Shown here piece by piece: positions 31,712 through 42,341 of a stretch of 64,000 nucleotides of DNA. Positions within the stretch are counted from its first letter, which is position 1. Every line of letters begins with the position of its first letter. A model generated the notes under the pieces. That model made no database searches, was not told the origin of the DNA, and was given only the letters and a program-made list of their open reading frames with translations. The position numbers were made by a program, and so were the translations under genes. This DNA comes from a virus (taxonomy: Duplodnaviria > Caudoviricetes), in IMG/VR virus record IMGVR_UViG_3300029288_007060, positions 94,008-158,007 of that record, one strand, 5' to 3'.

Positions 31712-34700
31712 AGGCAGTTGCTGTCAAGGAACCTATGGTTCCGCCACTCCATCTAAAAGTATTAGGAAATGTTATAGTTTTGGCGCTAGAACCTTGAATA
31801 AACATAATATTGTAACTGCCACCATTGATTGGGTTAGTTAATGTTAGTACACAAGGCGAACTGACGTCCTGCAAACTTACAATCTGTGCGTTTCCAGCAT
31901 TCCAGTTAATATTTGCATCACCAGTGGGTACTAAATATCCGTCACTAGCCAAATCGGGAGCAATTTGACCAGAAACTATCACATTAGCAGTGAAGTATCC
32001 ATCGGCACCAACCGAAAGAGAGCTAGTTGCTGATAAGTCACCATAAACAGTTAAGCTTACTGGATTTGTATATGACCCAATGGATCCAGTGTTATTTCCT
32101 GTTGCCGTGGCACCATTGCCTATTGCTAGAGCGTTAGTATATGCGGAAGTAGTCGCAAGATATCCGATTGCTATTGAACTAGCACCACTAGTGACAGCAT
32201 TAGAACCGATTGCGATACTAGTGGTAGCTTCGCATTTCGAGTCGGCACCAATTGCCACAGAATTATCAGCAAGCGTCTTACACGTAGCCCCATTTCCTAT
32301 AGCCACAGAATAACTACACGCTGAATGTAAAATTGTGGCGCTATTACCAATAGCAACACTGTTATAAGCCTGGATATTTGTAGAGGGTCCTACTGCCGTG
32401 CCGTATTGAACTGCTGCATTGGCAGATCTACCAATGGCTACACAATAAGTAGATTGTGAAAGAGCAGAGATACCTATTGAAATAGCGCTATTTCCTGTTG
32501 CAGTAGTAGAATTTCCGATAGCGATTCCACCAACGCCACTAACTCCTGCGTTATATCCAATCGCGGTTCCGCCTGTTGTAATACAATTTGCACTGGCACC
32601 AGCACCAAATGCTGTAGCCCCTGTGGCATTGCCTGCTGTAGCCCCCTTACCGACAGCAGTGCCACCGATAACGGTGGCAGAAGCCCCAGAACCAATAGCG
32701 GTATTATTAATATTTGTAGTAGCCTGAACATTATATCCGATAGCTGTGCAATCATTCTGCGTTGCTTGTGCGTCACGACCAATTGCAACAGACGCTGTTC
32801 CTGTTGCATCAGTACCGTATCCAATAGCTGTTCCGCCAGCGCCCGAAGCAATCGCTGTAGAGCCAATGGCAACGGTAGCTATTTGACTAGTTGCAGCCTG
32901 ATAGCCAATAGCCACAGCATTAGAAGAAACTGTTACAGACGCTGATCTACCTATAGCTACCGAATTAATTTGATTGCATGTTGCATTGTTTCCTATTACT
33001 ACTGATTCTGTCGCAGAAACAATAGCAGTATCTCCAATAGCCAAAGATGTATTTACATTAGCTGTTGCGCCACTACCAAATGCTAATGCCGCAGTTCCCG
33101 TCGCTGATGAACTTGTTCCGATAGCTACCGATCGTGAACCAGATGAAATTGATGCATCCCCAATTGCTATTGCACCTGTGTTTGATTGTGCTGTGGCATT
33201 TGCGCCAAGAGCAACACCTGTACTAATTAATGCTCGTGCATTTTGTCCCAAAGCAACAGCATTTGTTTGTGTTGCTTGACTATTTTGACCAATTGCCACA
33301 GCAACTAAAGCACTAGCGGTTGCAGAGTAACCAATAGCAACACCGCCTTGACCCGCACTGGCCGCAGAACTTCCGATAGCAACGGAATCCGAATTACTGG
33401 CATTAGCACTCTTACCAAGAGCTGTAGATGCTTGTCCACCCGCAGATGCGGCATTACCGAAAGCAGAACCTTGTATGCCACCTGCAACAGAAGACAAACC
33501 AACTGCTGTGGCACTCGCGGCGGAGGCATTTGCAGATTTTCCAAGTGCTGTAGTACCTGCTGCTGTTGCTGTAGAACTAGAACCAAACGCCGTGGCATTA
33601 GTGCCTGTAGTGGCTTGGGCATTATAGCCAACGGCGGTAGAATCTGTAGTAGATGCGGAGGACAACAGACCGAAATGCTCACTAGTTGCTCCTGTTCCAG
33701 GACTTGTTATTGTTCCTACCACATGTAATTCTGCACTAGGAGATGTGGTATGTATTCCTAATCTATTATTTGCTCTGTCCCAGAATAGGTCATTATCCCC
33801 AGCTATTTTGTTGGTTCCTGTAAAGAAAGTTACATAACCGTCACCAGTGGAGCCTGTTGAGGCGGTATATCCATCTAACGCTGTTTTTAATGCTGTATTT
33901 ATTATATTACCATTTATAGTTACATCTCCAGTAAAATCTCTGGTTCCGTTAATTAAAGCGTACTGTGGATGATCGTCGTTTAATAATCCGCTCAAGCTTG
34001 AATGAGATAACGCAGAAGCAACAGCATTGCCTCCACTTATACTAAGTCTGCTGTCTGTAACGTCTACTATTTGTGCTTTATCATTGGTGTTTGTGGCCTG
34101 AAATATAACACGATATAATAATTTAAATTCATTAAATTGTAATATAGCCTGATTTACTTGAGCAAAGTCATTATTGGCTCTGGCATTCGCTAAAGAAATA
34201 TCTGTTCTTTGTCCTTGAATTGATATAATAGGCTCTCTAATATTGCTGGTTGCAATTATCCAATAAGCGACGTAGTTTACATTCCCAACCTCAGTTTGTT
34301 GCCAAGCTCCGCCAGTAAATTGATTATATGCTATTCTTCCTGTTCCCGCAGTTACATAAGGATGAATGGTCGCTACAAATTTTCTAGGAAGAGAGCTAGC
34401 TCCAGTTAAATAATAGACGGGTATCTGAGCGACAGGATACAATATTTGTTGGAAATCACTAGAAGGAGAATCAGCATGTGTTATAGAAAATTCTATGTCT
34501 TCATCATGTATAATTCCATTTCCTATTCCTATTGTTGTAACTGTCGAATCATTTGCCGTATAAGTAATCGGCAATCCTGATTCATACGCAGTACCACGAG
34601 TGGAGTGCAAATAATCATGTGTGCCTTTACTCATAGTAATAGAATGAAATTCATACGATATATCGCCGACAACAGAATGAGCGGTGGCATCCCAATAGAA

Positions 34701-37055
34701 AGAGAATAGTTGAACAGTGTCAAGTATATCCCAAATAGTTGTAGATATAGTTAATACGCCACTAGCATTGTAATAAACATAGTGTCTGCCTTCGGCTTCT
34801 GCTATACTAACGCTAGCTGTAGTTTTGCTTATTTTTGTTCCGTCAATATAAATTATGTGATTTCCTGTAACAGTAGCTACAACATTTGGATTTACATAAG
34901 CTGCTGATGGTGTAGGAACAGTTAAAACACCAGTAGGTAATTCGGTGTCTGTAAAAATAGCGCCATAAGCATCACAGGATTCTCTTATATCAGAAAACGC
35001 TTGTGTTAAGTCTTCATTTATTATATTACCGCCAACTGAAATTGAGCCAGCAAATGTATTAGATTGTGTAAAAACATTAGATTCGTCTAAAGACGCATAA
35101 CCATCCAATGTTTGTGATAAATTAGCATTTATTATAGTGCCGCCGACCATTAAATCATTTTGTATTATATCGGATGTAAAATTATATCCGTCATAAGCCA
35201 ATGATACTATATCTCTTCTAGAAGCAATGGTAGTAATAATGGGGGTTATTCCCCTTATCCATTGTACATTGGCAGGCCAAATGACATTTCTAAATGGTGG
35301 CGCATCAGATTGTTCTATTTCAAGAGTATATAGTGAGCCCGCAAGAGAGCTTGCAAACGTTAATGTAACGTCACCAGGAGCATCGCTAAGATTAAGAATC
35401 TGATGATTGCAATTATTCCACTCTATAACTTGGGCGGCAATAACAGGCGTATTTGTTTTTATCTGAGATTGGCCAAATTGTTGTCCAGCAATGGTGTTTT
35501 TGCCTGAAGTGATATTTCCATAATTTCTAAGATTGATAGGCTCCAAAGCTCTGCCTATAACGCCATCGTATTGGGCTGTTGCTTCAGCCATATGCCCTAT
35601 TGCAAGGGTGCTCGCAAAACCATTGCTAGTTGCGTGGCCTCCAATAGAAATACTTTCATAAGAGTTTGCGATAGCATCATGTCCCAAGGCTGTACCACCT
35701 ATATCAGCCGATGCCAATTGACCAATAGATGTTCCTCCACCTGAAGCGCCGCCAACTGCACTAGTGCCCACAACAGTATTTGCCGAGCCTGTTGATGAAG
35801 CGCTATGACCAATAACAACACAGTCTGCTGCTGCATTTGTGACAGATATATTGGGCCCAACTGCCACAGTATAATTACAATTAACAGCAACAGATGAAGA
35901 CGTACCAAATGCAATGCTTGATGTTGCACTAGCAGCAGAACTTCCTCCAAAAGCAATCCCTCCTAGGGCAGCAGAAGAAGCACTTCCAAAAGACATGCTT
36001 GAAGAATCGCTTGTACTTGCGTCTTCTCCAAAGGATATGCAACCAGCACCATTTGCTACAGCATTGGCACCTAAAGCAACAGAAGGGCTCCCAAGGGCAC
36101 GAGCATTTTGGCCTATAGCCACTGCGTTTGTTTGTGTCGCTTGTGAAATTTGCCCTATAGAAACCGCCACAATTCCACTAGCAGTTGCATTTTTCCCAAT
36201 AGCAACACTTCCGCTGGCTGAAGCTGTTGACTGATGCCCTACAGCAACAGTGTATTCGTTTGACGCGGCGGCTTGATACCCATAAGATTGTGCGTATTGA
36301 TTTGAGGCTGTGGCCCCGTATCCAATTGCCGATGCCCAAGTCGATGATGCGTTGGCTGTAATACCAATCGCTAAACCATAAGCTCCTGTCGCAGAAGATG
36401 CTTGACCAATGGCTGTACCACCAAAACTACCACCTGATGCGGTTGCTCCTTGTCCAATTGCAGTAGATTTAGTTCCAGATGCGGTAGATGCATTTCCAAT
36501 AGACACAGAATTGGTTCCAGAGGCAACAGAAGATAACCCGAAATGCTCACTGGTTGTTCCTGCCCCAGGACTTGTTATTGTTCCTACCACATGTAGTTCT
36601 GCACTAGGAGATGCTGTATGTATGCCCAAACGATTATTCGCTCTATCCCAAAACAAATCATTATCCCCAGCTATTTTATTAGTTCCAGTAAAGAAAGTTA
36701 CATAACCATCTCCAGTGGAACCGGTTGATGTAGTGTAGCCATCTAGTACAGAAGAAATATTATTTATTTGATTTTGATATCCATCAGCAGCATTCATCAG
36801 AGGAATAAGACTAGAGTTTATTTGTGTTCCAATATTATCTATTTGAGTTTGATAGCCGTCACAGGATTGACGAATAGTTTGAAAAGTTTCTGTTAAGTCT
36901 TCGTTTATTATATTGCCAGATATTTTTATGCTGCCGTTTATATCTAATGATTCTGTCGGAGAAGACGTACCAATGCCAACATATCCATCAGAACGATAGA
37001 TATCGCCATTAAGATTTGTTAACCAACGAGATATTGATACTTCTGGTAGTTTCAT
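31638..37055 (-). CDS. Long adhesin-like fibre with two YadA-head-type repeat arrays (1805 aa)
   Basis: Dozens of 14-15-aa A-x-A-I-G-x-x-A-x-A repeats in two blocks; duplicated GDGYVTFFTGTNKIAGDNDLFWDRANNRLGIHT segment and duplicated tip domain. Confidence 0.8.
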   Translation of the reverse strand: MKLPEVSISRWLTNLNGDIYRSDGYVGIGTSSPTESLDINGSIKISGNIINEDLTETFQTIRQSCDGYQTQIDNIGTQINSSLIPLMNAADGYQNQINNISSVLDGYTTSTGSTGDGYVTFFTGTNKIAGDNDLFWDRANNRLGIHTASPSAELHVVGTITSPGAGTTSEHFGLSSVASGTNSVSIGNASTASGTKSTAIGQGATASGGSFGGTAIGQASSATGAYGLAIGITANASSTWASAIGYGATASNQYAQSYGYQAAASNEYTVAVGHQSTASASGSVAIGKNATASGIVAVSIGQISQATQTNAVAIGQNARALGSPSVALGANAVANGAGCISFGEDASTSDSSSMSFGSASSAALGGIAFGGSSAASATSSIAFGTSSSVAVNCNYTVAVGPNISVTNAAADCVVIGHSASSTGSANTVVGTSAVGGASGGGTSIGQLASADIGGTALGHDAIANSYESISIGGHATSNGFASTLAIGHMAEATAQYDGVIGRALEPINLRNYGNITSGKNTIAGQQFGQSQIKTNTPVIAAQVIEWNNCNHQILNLSDAPGDVTLTFASSLAGSLYTLEIEQSDAPPFRNVIWPANVQWIRGITPIITTIASRRDIVSLAYDGYNFTSDIIQNDLMVGGTIINANLSQTLDGYASLDESNVFTQSNTFAGSISVGGNIINEDLTQAFSDIRESCDAYGAIFTDTELPTGVLTVPTPSAAYVNPNVVATVTGNHIIYIDGTKISKTTASVSIAEAEGRHYVYYNASGVLTISTTIWDILDTVQLFSFYWDATAHSVVGDISYEFHSITMSKGTHDYLHSTRGTAYESGLPITYTANDSTVTTIGIGNGIIHDEDIEFSITHADSPSSDFQQILYPVAQIPVYYLTGASSLPRKFVATIHPYVTAGTGRIAYNQFTGGAWQQTEVGNVNYVAYWIIATSNIREPIISIQGQRTDISLANARANNDFAQVNQAILQFNEFKLLYRVIFQATNTNDKAQIVDVTDSRLSISGGNAVASALSHSSLSGLLNDDHPQYALINGTRDFTGDVTINGNIINTALKTALDGYTASTGSTGDGYVTFFTGTNKIAGDNDLFWDRANNRLGIHTTSPSAELHVVGTITSPGTGATSEHFGLLSSASTTDSTAVGYNAQATTGTNATAFGSSSTATAAGTTALGKSANASAASATAVGLSSVAGGIQGSAFGNAASAGGQASTALGKSANASNSDSVAIGSSAASAGQGGVAIGYSATASALVAVAIGQNSQATQTNAVALGQNARALISTGVALGANATAQSNTGAIAIGDASISSGSRSVAIGTSSSATGTAALAFGSGATANVNTSLAIGDTAIVSATESVVIGNNATCNQINSVAIGRSASVTVSSNAVAIGYQAATSQIATVAIGSTAIASGAGGTAIGYGTDATGTASVAIGRDAQATQNDCTAIGYNVQATTNINNTAIGSGASATVIGGTAVGKGATAGNATGATAFGAGASANCITTGGTAIGYNAGVSGVGGIAIGNSTTATGNSAISIGISALSQSTYCVAIGRSANAAVQYGTAVGPSTNIQAYNSVAIGNSATILHSACSYSVAIGNGATCKTLADNSVAIGADSKCEATTSIAIGSNAVTSGASSIAIGYLATTSAYTNALAIGNGATATGNNTGSIGSYTNPVSLTVYGDLSATSSLSVGADGYFTANVIVSGQIAPDLASDGYLVPTGDANINWNAGNAQIVSLQDVSSPCVLTLTNPINGGSYNIMFIQGSSAKTITFPNTFRWSGGTIGSLTATAYAVDILSLFYYDGSYYVNLVGDLK

Positions 37056-37059
37056 TTTA

Positions 37060-37569
37060 TTATTCGTCCAATAATTTTTTTTCTTTTTCTCGCCTTTCTT
37101 TGCCGTTTATATCATGATAGTCTAAAAGATGATCTACGTATTCTTCGGCCGAATCTTCTCCCTCGTGCCTCTTTTTAAAATCCACTTGGGTCTCAAATGC
37201 CTCCATTTCGGTCGGCTTGTCTAAATAATCATCGGCCTTATCTTTGCTTAAATTTTTTCCGGTTATTTGCTGAAGCACATGAACTATCTCGTGCGAAAGA
37301 TAAGGCGTAGCAAATTCAAAAGCATTATCTCTCGATAGCATACTTTGATTCAAATATATTTTCTTATCTTTTGTTTTGGCCGATACATCCAACTCGCAAA
37401 AACAGATAGGAACAGAATCTATTACATCTATAGGAATATTGTATTCTTCGAACTTTTCGATAACTGCTTTGTCTTTCTTTATTGTCGAGCGCATCCTAGA
37501 AATAAGTGAGTCTGTACATATTTCTCTATTACTTATCTTGCGAATTTGTCTCCGAGATAGCTTGTTCAT
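37060..37569 (-). CDS. HExxH zincin-like metallopeptidase
   Basis: YLSHEIVHVLQQ...YLDKPTEMEAF. Confidence 0.6.
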   Translation of the reverse strand: MNKLSRRQIRKISNREICTDSLISRMRSTIKKDKAVIEKFEEYNIPIDVIDSVPICFCELDVSAKTKDKKIYLNQSMLSRDNAFEFATPYLSHEIVHVLQQITGKNLSKDKADDYLDKPTEMEAFETQVDFKKRHEGEDSAEEYVDHLLDYHDINGKERREKEKKLLDE

Positions 37570-37756
37570 TTTTGTCCTCGACCGTAGAGTTTTTCATTAT
37601 CTTGTTTAGACATAAGCCTTGTTTTAAAACCGCAATTCTTTGATTAGCAGTTGCTATAAGAGTTTCTAGCCCAGCCAATTCTAACTCAGTTTCTTCTTCA
37701 TTCTCTGGACTGGAGTAACCAACGTACCTTAAACTTAAACTTTCAACTTTACGCAT
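37529..37756 (-). CDS. Hypothetical protein
   Basis: ATG 37756 with AGGAG RBS; fills the gap between genes. Confidence 0.45.
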   Translation of the reverse strand: MRKVESLSLRYVGYSSPENEEETELELAGLETLIATANQRIAVLKQGLCLNKIMKNSTVEDKNEQAISETNSQDK

Positions 37757-37767
37757 AACTTTCTCCT

Positions 37768-38223
37768 TTATTTTATTAGTTGGAAAAGCTGCATAGACAT
37801 AGCAGCCAGAGCGGCCAACATTGCGCCCCAAAATTTCCATTTCGCCACGGATTGTTCTCTTTTGAATTTCCCGTCTTGAATGTCATCCCTTTCTTTCTTC
37901 AGTAAAGCGGTAGATATAATCTTTTTAAGCTCGAGTATAGACGAACTCATATCGTCTTTTAAATCATTTATCTGTTCTTCCGCGTCTTCCAATGCTCTCT
38001 CGGCTAAAGCAACACGAGTCATCATAGAGCCTTTGCCGTTACCATCTCTAACCACATGAGAGAGCAAATCTACATTATCTGCCAAGTCTTCCATCTTGGT
38101 TTTCATAATAGCCAAAGATGTAGTGTGTTCTTTTATATCATTCAGAACATTCTGCATCAACATTGTGGCCGTATTTAAACTTTTTAAAAGTTCGGGCGGG
38201 ATGCCATTATTGGTATCAGTCAT
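37768..38223 (-). CDS. Coiled-coil protein with C-terminal TM helix (XhlA/holin-like)
   Basis: ATG 38223 with GAGG RBS; heptads followed by WKFWGAMLAALAAMSMQLF. Confidence 0.5.
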   Translation of the reverse strand: MTDTNNGIPPELLKSLNTATMLMQNVLNDIKEHTTSLAIMKTKMEDLADNVDLLSHVVRDGNGKGSMMTRVALAERALEDAEEQINDLKDDMSSSILELKKIISTALLKKERDDIQDGKFKREQSVAKWKFWGAMLAALAAMSMQLFQLIK

Positions 38224-38262
38224 TTTATTCCTCTCTTTAAAATCCCCCACACAGAACCAGCT

Positions 38263-38433
38263 TTATTTATTTATATTTAATCTAATATTAAACTCCCCCG
38301 CCAAAAAAATAAGGTCCCTGTATTGTTTGTTTGCTTCGCGCAATTCTTTCGGAATCTCTATCAAAAGTGCCTCATTCAATTGGTCTATATACTTCTGAAG
38401 TTCGTTGGCTATCTTTGTTAAGTCTGTTTCCAT
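38263..38433 (-). CDS. Hypothetical protein
   Basis: Short helical ORF with AGGAG upstream. Confidence 0.4.
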   Translation of the reverse strand: METDLTKIANELQKYIDQLNEALLIEIPKELREANKQYRDLIFLAGEFNIRLNINK

Positions 38434-38447
38434 TTTGTTTATAGCTC

Positions 38448-39563
38448 CTATGCGTATTTCCAAGTATAACCTTTATGACTTTTGCATTTGCCTTGACAAC
38501 AAGAAGAAATTGCTGAACCAGTAAACCCTGCTGCTTTAGCTTCCTTAATTGATTTAAAATTAATTTCTTGGCCAGTCTCTATATTTGTTGCTATGACTGG
38601 GCTAAACTTAAAATCTTCTGGCAACATAGTAAATTGTTCAGAAAACGCTAAATCATACTTTCTATCCAAACGAATCTGTTCATTAGAATTCTGATATAGA
38701 AAATCTCTAATCTTAAAAACTTTTCTGTTACCGCCATACTCTAAAGTATAGATTCCAGAATTTAATCTTGGTTTTTTGCCGTTTGGTTTTATATCACACT
38801 CTCTTTCTAAAATATTTTTATATACAGTCAAAAATTCTTTGGTGCCGCGAAGAGAAAAATAAAGCTGTTCGACAGGCCTACCCTTCTTTGGCTTCGAGAC
38901 ATAGAAACTTCCATCACCGTCATTATAGCCTCTCATAAAATGATTAACATTTGGGTGGTTTATTAGCCATTCCGGAAAAGTTAATACCAATGACTTTCTT
39001 TGTGTTACATGAAATCTAGCCAAATCATCGAAAATTTTATCTGAACTTATACAAAGTTCAGATGCTATATATTTTTCATTTACCATCTTTGTAGAAATTG
39101 GCCCATCAAACTTTATAATATTTTTAAACTTATATAAGTGTAGATTATCTTTAGATGCAAGACCAACACTCAACTGTTTATATTTTTTGTCTTTAAGTTT
39201 TACACAACCATCTGCCGCAAGAAATCCAGCCCAATAAAAACTTTCGATGATATTTGTAGAGAAGAAATCATCAGAACAAGTATATCTTATTGCTTTATTA
39301 ATAAGTCCCAAAGCCCCCAATTTTTCTCTTACATATTCTGCAGAAACATCGAAGTTTTCGGCGGTCTTTCTTATAGACTGCGTTTCTTTATAATCATAGG
39401 CCATTTTATCAATATTAATCTCCTTCCTCCATTTTTTTAGCACACCAAGTTTTTTAAGCCTGCATGATACTGTGGAGCTTGGAATTCCCAACTTGTCGCT
39501 AACTTTATTCGCACTGCCAAGATTATAATATTCTTCTACTAATGTTTTATCATCTACTTTCAT
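38448..39563 (-). mobile_element. Free-standing LAGLIDADG homing endonuclease (HTH N-terminus, NUMOD1-like C-terminus)
   Basis: YWAGFLAADG and FMRGYNDGDG; tail FKSIKEAK...ISSCCQGKCKSHKGYTWKY; ATG 39563 with AAGGAG. Confidence 0.85.
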
Positions 39564-39610
39564 AGACACTCCTTTGAATGTTAAACAATTTGTCTTTCTC
39601 TATACAAATA

Positions 39611-39625
39611 AATATTAGTAGAAAA
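39611..39625 (-). promoter_or_regulatory. Putative late promoter
   Basis: TTTTCTACTAATATT variant upstream of the endonuclease. Confidence 0.6.
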
Positions 39626-39660
39626 ATAGCACTATAACTCCCTGATTTTACTATACTTTT

Positions 39661-40548
39661 TTATATTATCTGCCTTTGTCGTAGGTGGCGAAGCCTTAAG
39701 AAAGCTGGTGCAATACCCGAAACACGCCAGGAACCAAGACCGCGCGGTGAGGGTTTTAGGTTGCACTTTATAACCTTCACTTTGTCTTTATAATCTGCCA
39801 ACTGAGTAGTGTATTGGCTATTTAAAATCTCTGATATAGTAGGCGGCTGATATGTTATCCCATTATCTGTAATAACAAATTCGCGCCCCCGCTCAATCAG
39901 AGTCTGCGCAGCTAACGCTAACAATACAGCTCCCTGCACTATTACGTCGGCAAATATAGTATAAATTTGAGGGTCAGAAAAAAGAAAATTCGAGAAATGT
40001 GGAATTTGATTGAATTCAGATAAGCTATTAACCAAGAACGCTATTAATTCTGCATCAGTAAATACATTGCATATCTCTGTGGTATAGCCGCCCAAGCCAT
40101 CTGGTATCTTTCTTACGCCATTATTTTTTAAACGAGGCTTAATTAATTTTAACAAAACATTAACCCCATAAGTTTCTGCTTGCGTAAACACAAATGGAAT
40201 ATCCTCGCCAGGATAATAAACGGGTTCAATATCTTCTTCTAATTCACTAGATGCACTAACCAAAAATTGAAAACCGCTAGATATAGTTTCGTTTCCGATT
40301 TTGGCCGTCCACAAATCAGTATAGTATCCATCCGGCCCGGTTAACGGTATAGAGTAAGTAAAACTATAAATACCAGGGTCTTCGGCCAGCCCAACCCCAA
40401 CTCTAGTGGCGGCCTGTTGAAGTGTACCATTAGAATCATAAATTGCAACAGTAGGGATATCGTCTGTGTTTACGTGAGTGCCCTCTGCGTCAGAGAATTG
40501 CACAAAAATCTCTATGTCTCTTCCCTGTATTCCGAATCTATTGGACAC
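39661..40548 (-). CDS. Head-tail adaptor protein with N-terminal Ig-like domain
   Basis: FTDAELIAFLVNSLSEFN...IVQGAVLLAL...ITDNGITY helical adaptor pattern; GGAGG RBS before a GTG start. Confidence 0.6.
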   Translation of the reverse strand: MSNRFGIQGRDIEIFVQFSDAEGTHVNTDDIPTVAIYDSNGTLQQAATRVGVGLAEDPGIYSFTYSIPLTGPDGYYTDLWTAKIGNETISSGFQFLVSASSELEEDIEPVYYPGEDIPFVFTQAETYGVNVLLKLIKPRLKNNGVRKIPDGLGGYTTEICNVFTDAELIAFLVNSLSEFNQIPHFSNFLFSDPQIYTIFADVIVQGAVLLALAAQTLIERGREFVITDNGITYQPPTISEILNSQYTTQLADYKDKVKVIKCNLKPSPRGLGSWRVSGIAPAFLRLRHLRQRQII

Positions 40549-40562
40549 TGTATCCTCCGATA

Positions 40563-41201
40563 TTATTCTTTGGGCTCATCTACAGTCTGCATAACAATCA
40601 CGTTCTTTTCTGTTTGAACTGCTTCTGTTTCTGTCTCTTCGCCGCTCTCATTTAGTATTTTGTTTTCTATTTTTATGATTTTATCAGTGGCATCTTTGGT
40701 GTCTTCAACCACGCCCGAATCTTGAGTCCCCGAAACTATTGCTTTCAGAGAACGAGGCTTGGTTGACTCTCCGACAGTTATAGTGCCATTAATATTTTTT
40801 ACTACCGGAGGCCTTGTTTCTGTGGCAACAGCATCAATATCGACCCCGTAATCTGCAAAATCAAAATTCTCCTTTGTGTCATCGTCTAAAACAGATTCCG
40901 GCTCAATTATAATAGATGATTTGGTTTGTTTTATTAAATAAGGAGAATTGCTCTGTTTTATTTTCTTCAGGGAGGGGGGATTAACAGATGTGTGTTTTTT
41001 TACAATTTTAAGAGTTTTGGTCTTGAGCCTTCTAGATATCGACCCAGACTCCAAGGATAATTTCACCTGGTCAACAGTAAGTTGCGGGTTTGTCTGATAT
41101 ACATTTATAGTGTGCCCTGATTTTATGGTCAAGTATAAATCGTCCAGACTAACATCCATTGCGCTCAAATTTTGTAACCATAGAAAATTTTTCTCTTTCA
41201 T
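40563..41201 (-). CDS. Hypothetical protein
   Basis: 212-aa ORF with AGGAG RBS. Confidence 0.6.
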   Translation of the reverse strand: MKEKNFLWLQNLSAMDVSLDDLYLTIKSGHTINVYQTNPQLTVDQVKLSLESGSISRRLKTKTLKIVKKHTSVNPPSLKKIKQSNSPYLIKQTKSSIIIEPESVLDDDTKENFDFADYGVDIDAVATETRPPVVKNINGTITVGESTKPRSLKAIVSGTQDSGVVEDTKDATDKIIKIENKILNESGEETETEAVQTEKNVIVMQTVDEPKE

Positions 41202-41232
41202 ACACCACTCCTATAATAACACATTCTTTATT

Positions 41233-41253
41233 AAACAAGCCGATGGAATCGGC
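41233..41253 (-). terminator. Possible intrinsic terminator after csp
   Basis: GCCGAT-TCC-ATCGGC followed by TTGTTT. Confidence 0.45.
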
Positions 41254-41274
41254 AACAAAACTATCTTTTAAGAA

Positions 41275-41529
41275 CTAGAAGGTTTCTTCTTCGTCCTTTG
41301 GGGCATCTTTCAAGACCTTAATCTTGATAGCTTGTGGACCACGATCATTAGCCCCGATTTCGAAGGAAACCACTTGGCCAGGCTTAAGGGTCTTGTAACC
41401 TTCCATTTCTATGTTTGTCCAATGAACAAACAAATCCTTTTGCCCGTCATCACGAGCTAGGAAGCCAATTCCAGTCTTGGCGTTGAACCAAATTACCTTT
41501 CCTGTGAGTACTTTATTACTTTCTGTCAT
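41275..41529 (-). CDS. csp: Cold-shock domain protein (CspA family)
   Basis: GKVIWFNAKTGIGFL (RNP1-like), DLFVHW (RNP2-like), GYKTLKPGQVVSFEI, GPQA. Confidence 0.95.
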   Translation of the reverse strand: MTESNKVLTGKVIWFNAKTGIGFLARDDGQKDLFVHWTNIEMEGYKTLKPGQVVSFEIGANDRGPQAIKIKVLKDAPKDEEETF

Positions 41530-41706
41530 AATTTTCTCCTTAAATTTTTAGAAGCTTTGCTTCTTTCTTACACGTATTCCTGTGCCCATTAGACAAATCT
41601 GGCCTAATGGGAAAATCACCTAACTCTTTGTTTTGGTTGCACTTTATGCAAATCTTCATATTTCTTACCCAAAATAGTGCACAGCACTACGTATATTATA
41701 TTAAAA

Positions 41707-41721
41707 ATTATTGATAGAAAT
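41707..41721 (-). promoter_or_regulatory. Putative late promoter
   Basis: TTTCTATCAATAAT about 175 nt upstream of csp. Confidence 0.6.
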
Positions 41722-41776
41722 CTGAGATTTATATTAAAGAAAGAGCTTCTTGAACTTTGGCGGGATGTATTTGTTT

Positions 41777-42283
41777 TTATATTCCTCCTCTTACTAATTT
41801 AGCCCTCGGATGGCTAATAAGAAATTCTATCACGTCTTCTGGGCTAGTGGCCTCTCTATACATAAAATGAGACAATGGAAAGTTAGCAGATTGCAACGAG
41901 CAGATTACTAATTCACTACAAAAATAAGCTGATTTGTTGGAAAATGGTTGGCAAACCTTTCTGCCAAGATGTTTGTTGAGAAATACCCACGCTAAACCCA
42001 AAATAGCAAGAAAATCATACGACTTGGTTAATTGTTTTAATGAATAAGAAAGAACTCGATGTTCTTCCTCCGGGGTTAATAAAATCTCAAACTCGGCCAT
42101 TATACTGGTGCGTCTTTTGAATAGTTCATAATGTTCACAAATCACACCATTATAGGCTGCGTTTATAACCAATTCTTCATCGGCCGCACAAAACACAATG
42201 TAAGAGTGGCTTACTTTAGAACACGTGAGCCATTTAATAGCCTTGGATATTATTGAATTGCTTGAAGAAAGTCCTATTCTCAT
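41777..42283 (-). CDS. Permuted papain-like amidase (YiiX/YaeF, C92 family)
   Basis: ISKAIKWLTCSKVSHSYI (His), YD, YFCSELV (Cys), SPED. Confidence 0.8.
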   Translation of the reverse strand: MRIGLSSSNSIISKAIKWLTCSKVSHSYIVFCAADEELVINAAYNGVICEHYELFKRRTSIMAEFEILLTPEEEHRVLSYSLKQLTKSYDFLAILGLAWVFLNKHLGRKVCQPFSNKSAYFCSELVICSLQSANFPLSHFMYREATSPEDVIEFLISHPRAKLVRGGI

Positions 42284-42326
42284 GAGACATCTCCGAAATG
42301 GAATTGTCTTACAGAAGAATATAAAA

Positions 42327-42341
42327 AATATTAGTAGATTT
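42327..42341 (-). promoter_or_regulatory. Putative late promoter
   Basis: AAATCTACTAATATT upstream of the amidase. Confidence 0.65.

Noticed and set aside
24600-36500. CRISPR array or DNA-level tandem repeats
   Set aside because: The periodicity comes from protein repeats (Asp-box, YadA-like) with degenerate codons; there is no repeat-spacer structure.
41530-41776. tRNA or other known ncRNA in the larger intergenic gaps
   Set aside because: I saw no cloverleaf or T-arm motif here or in the other gaps.
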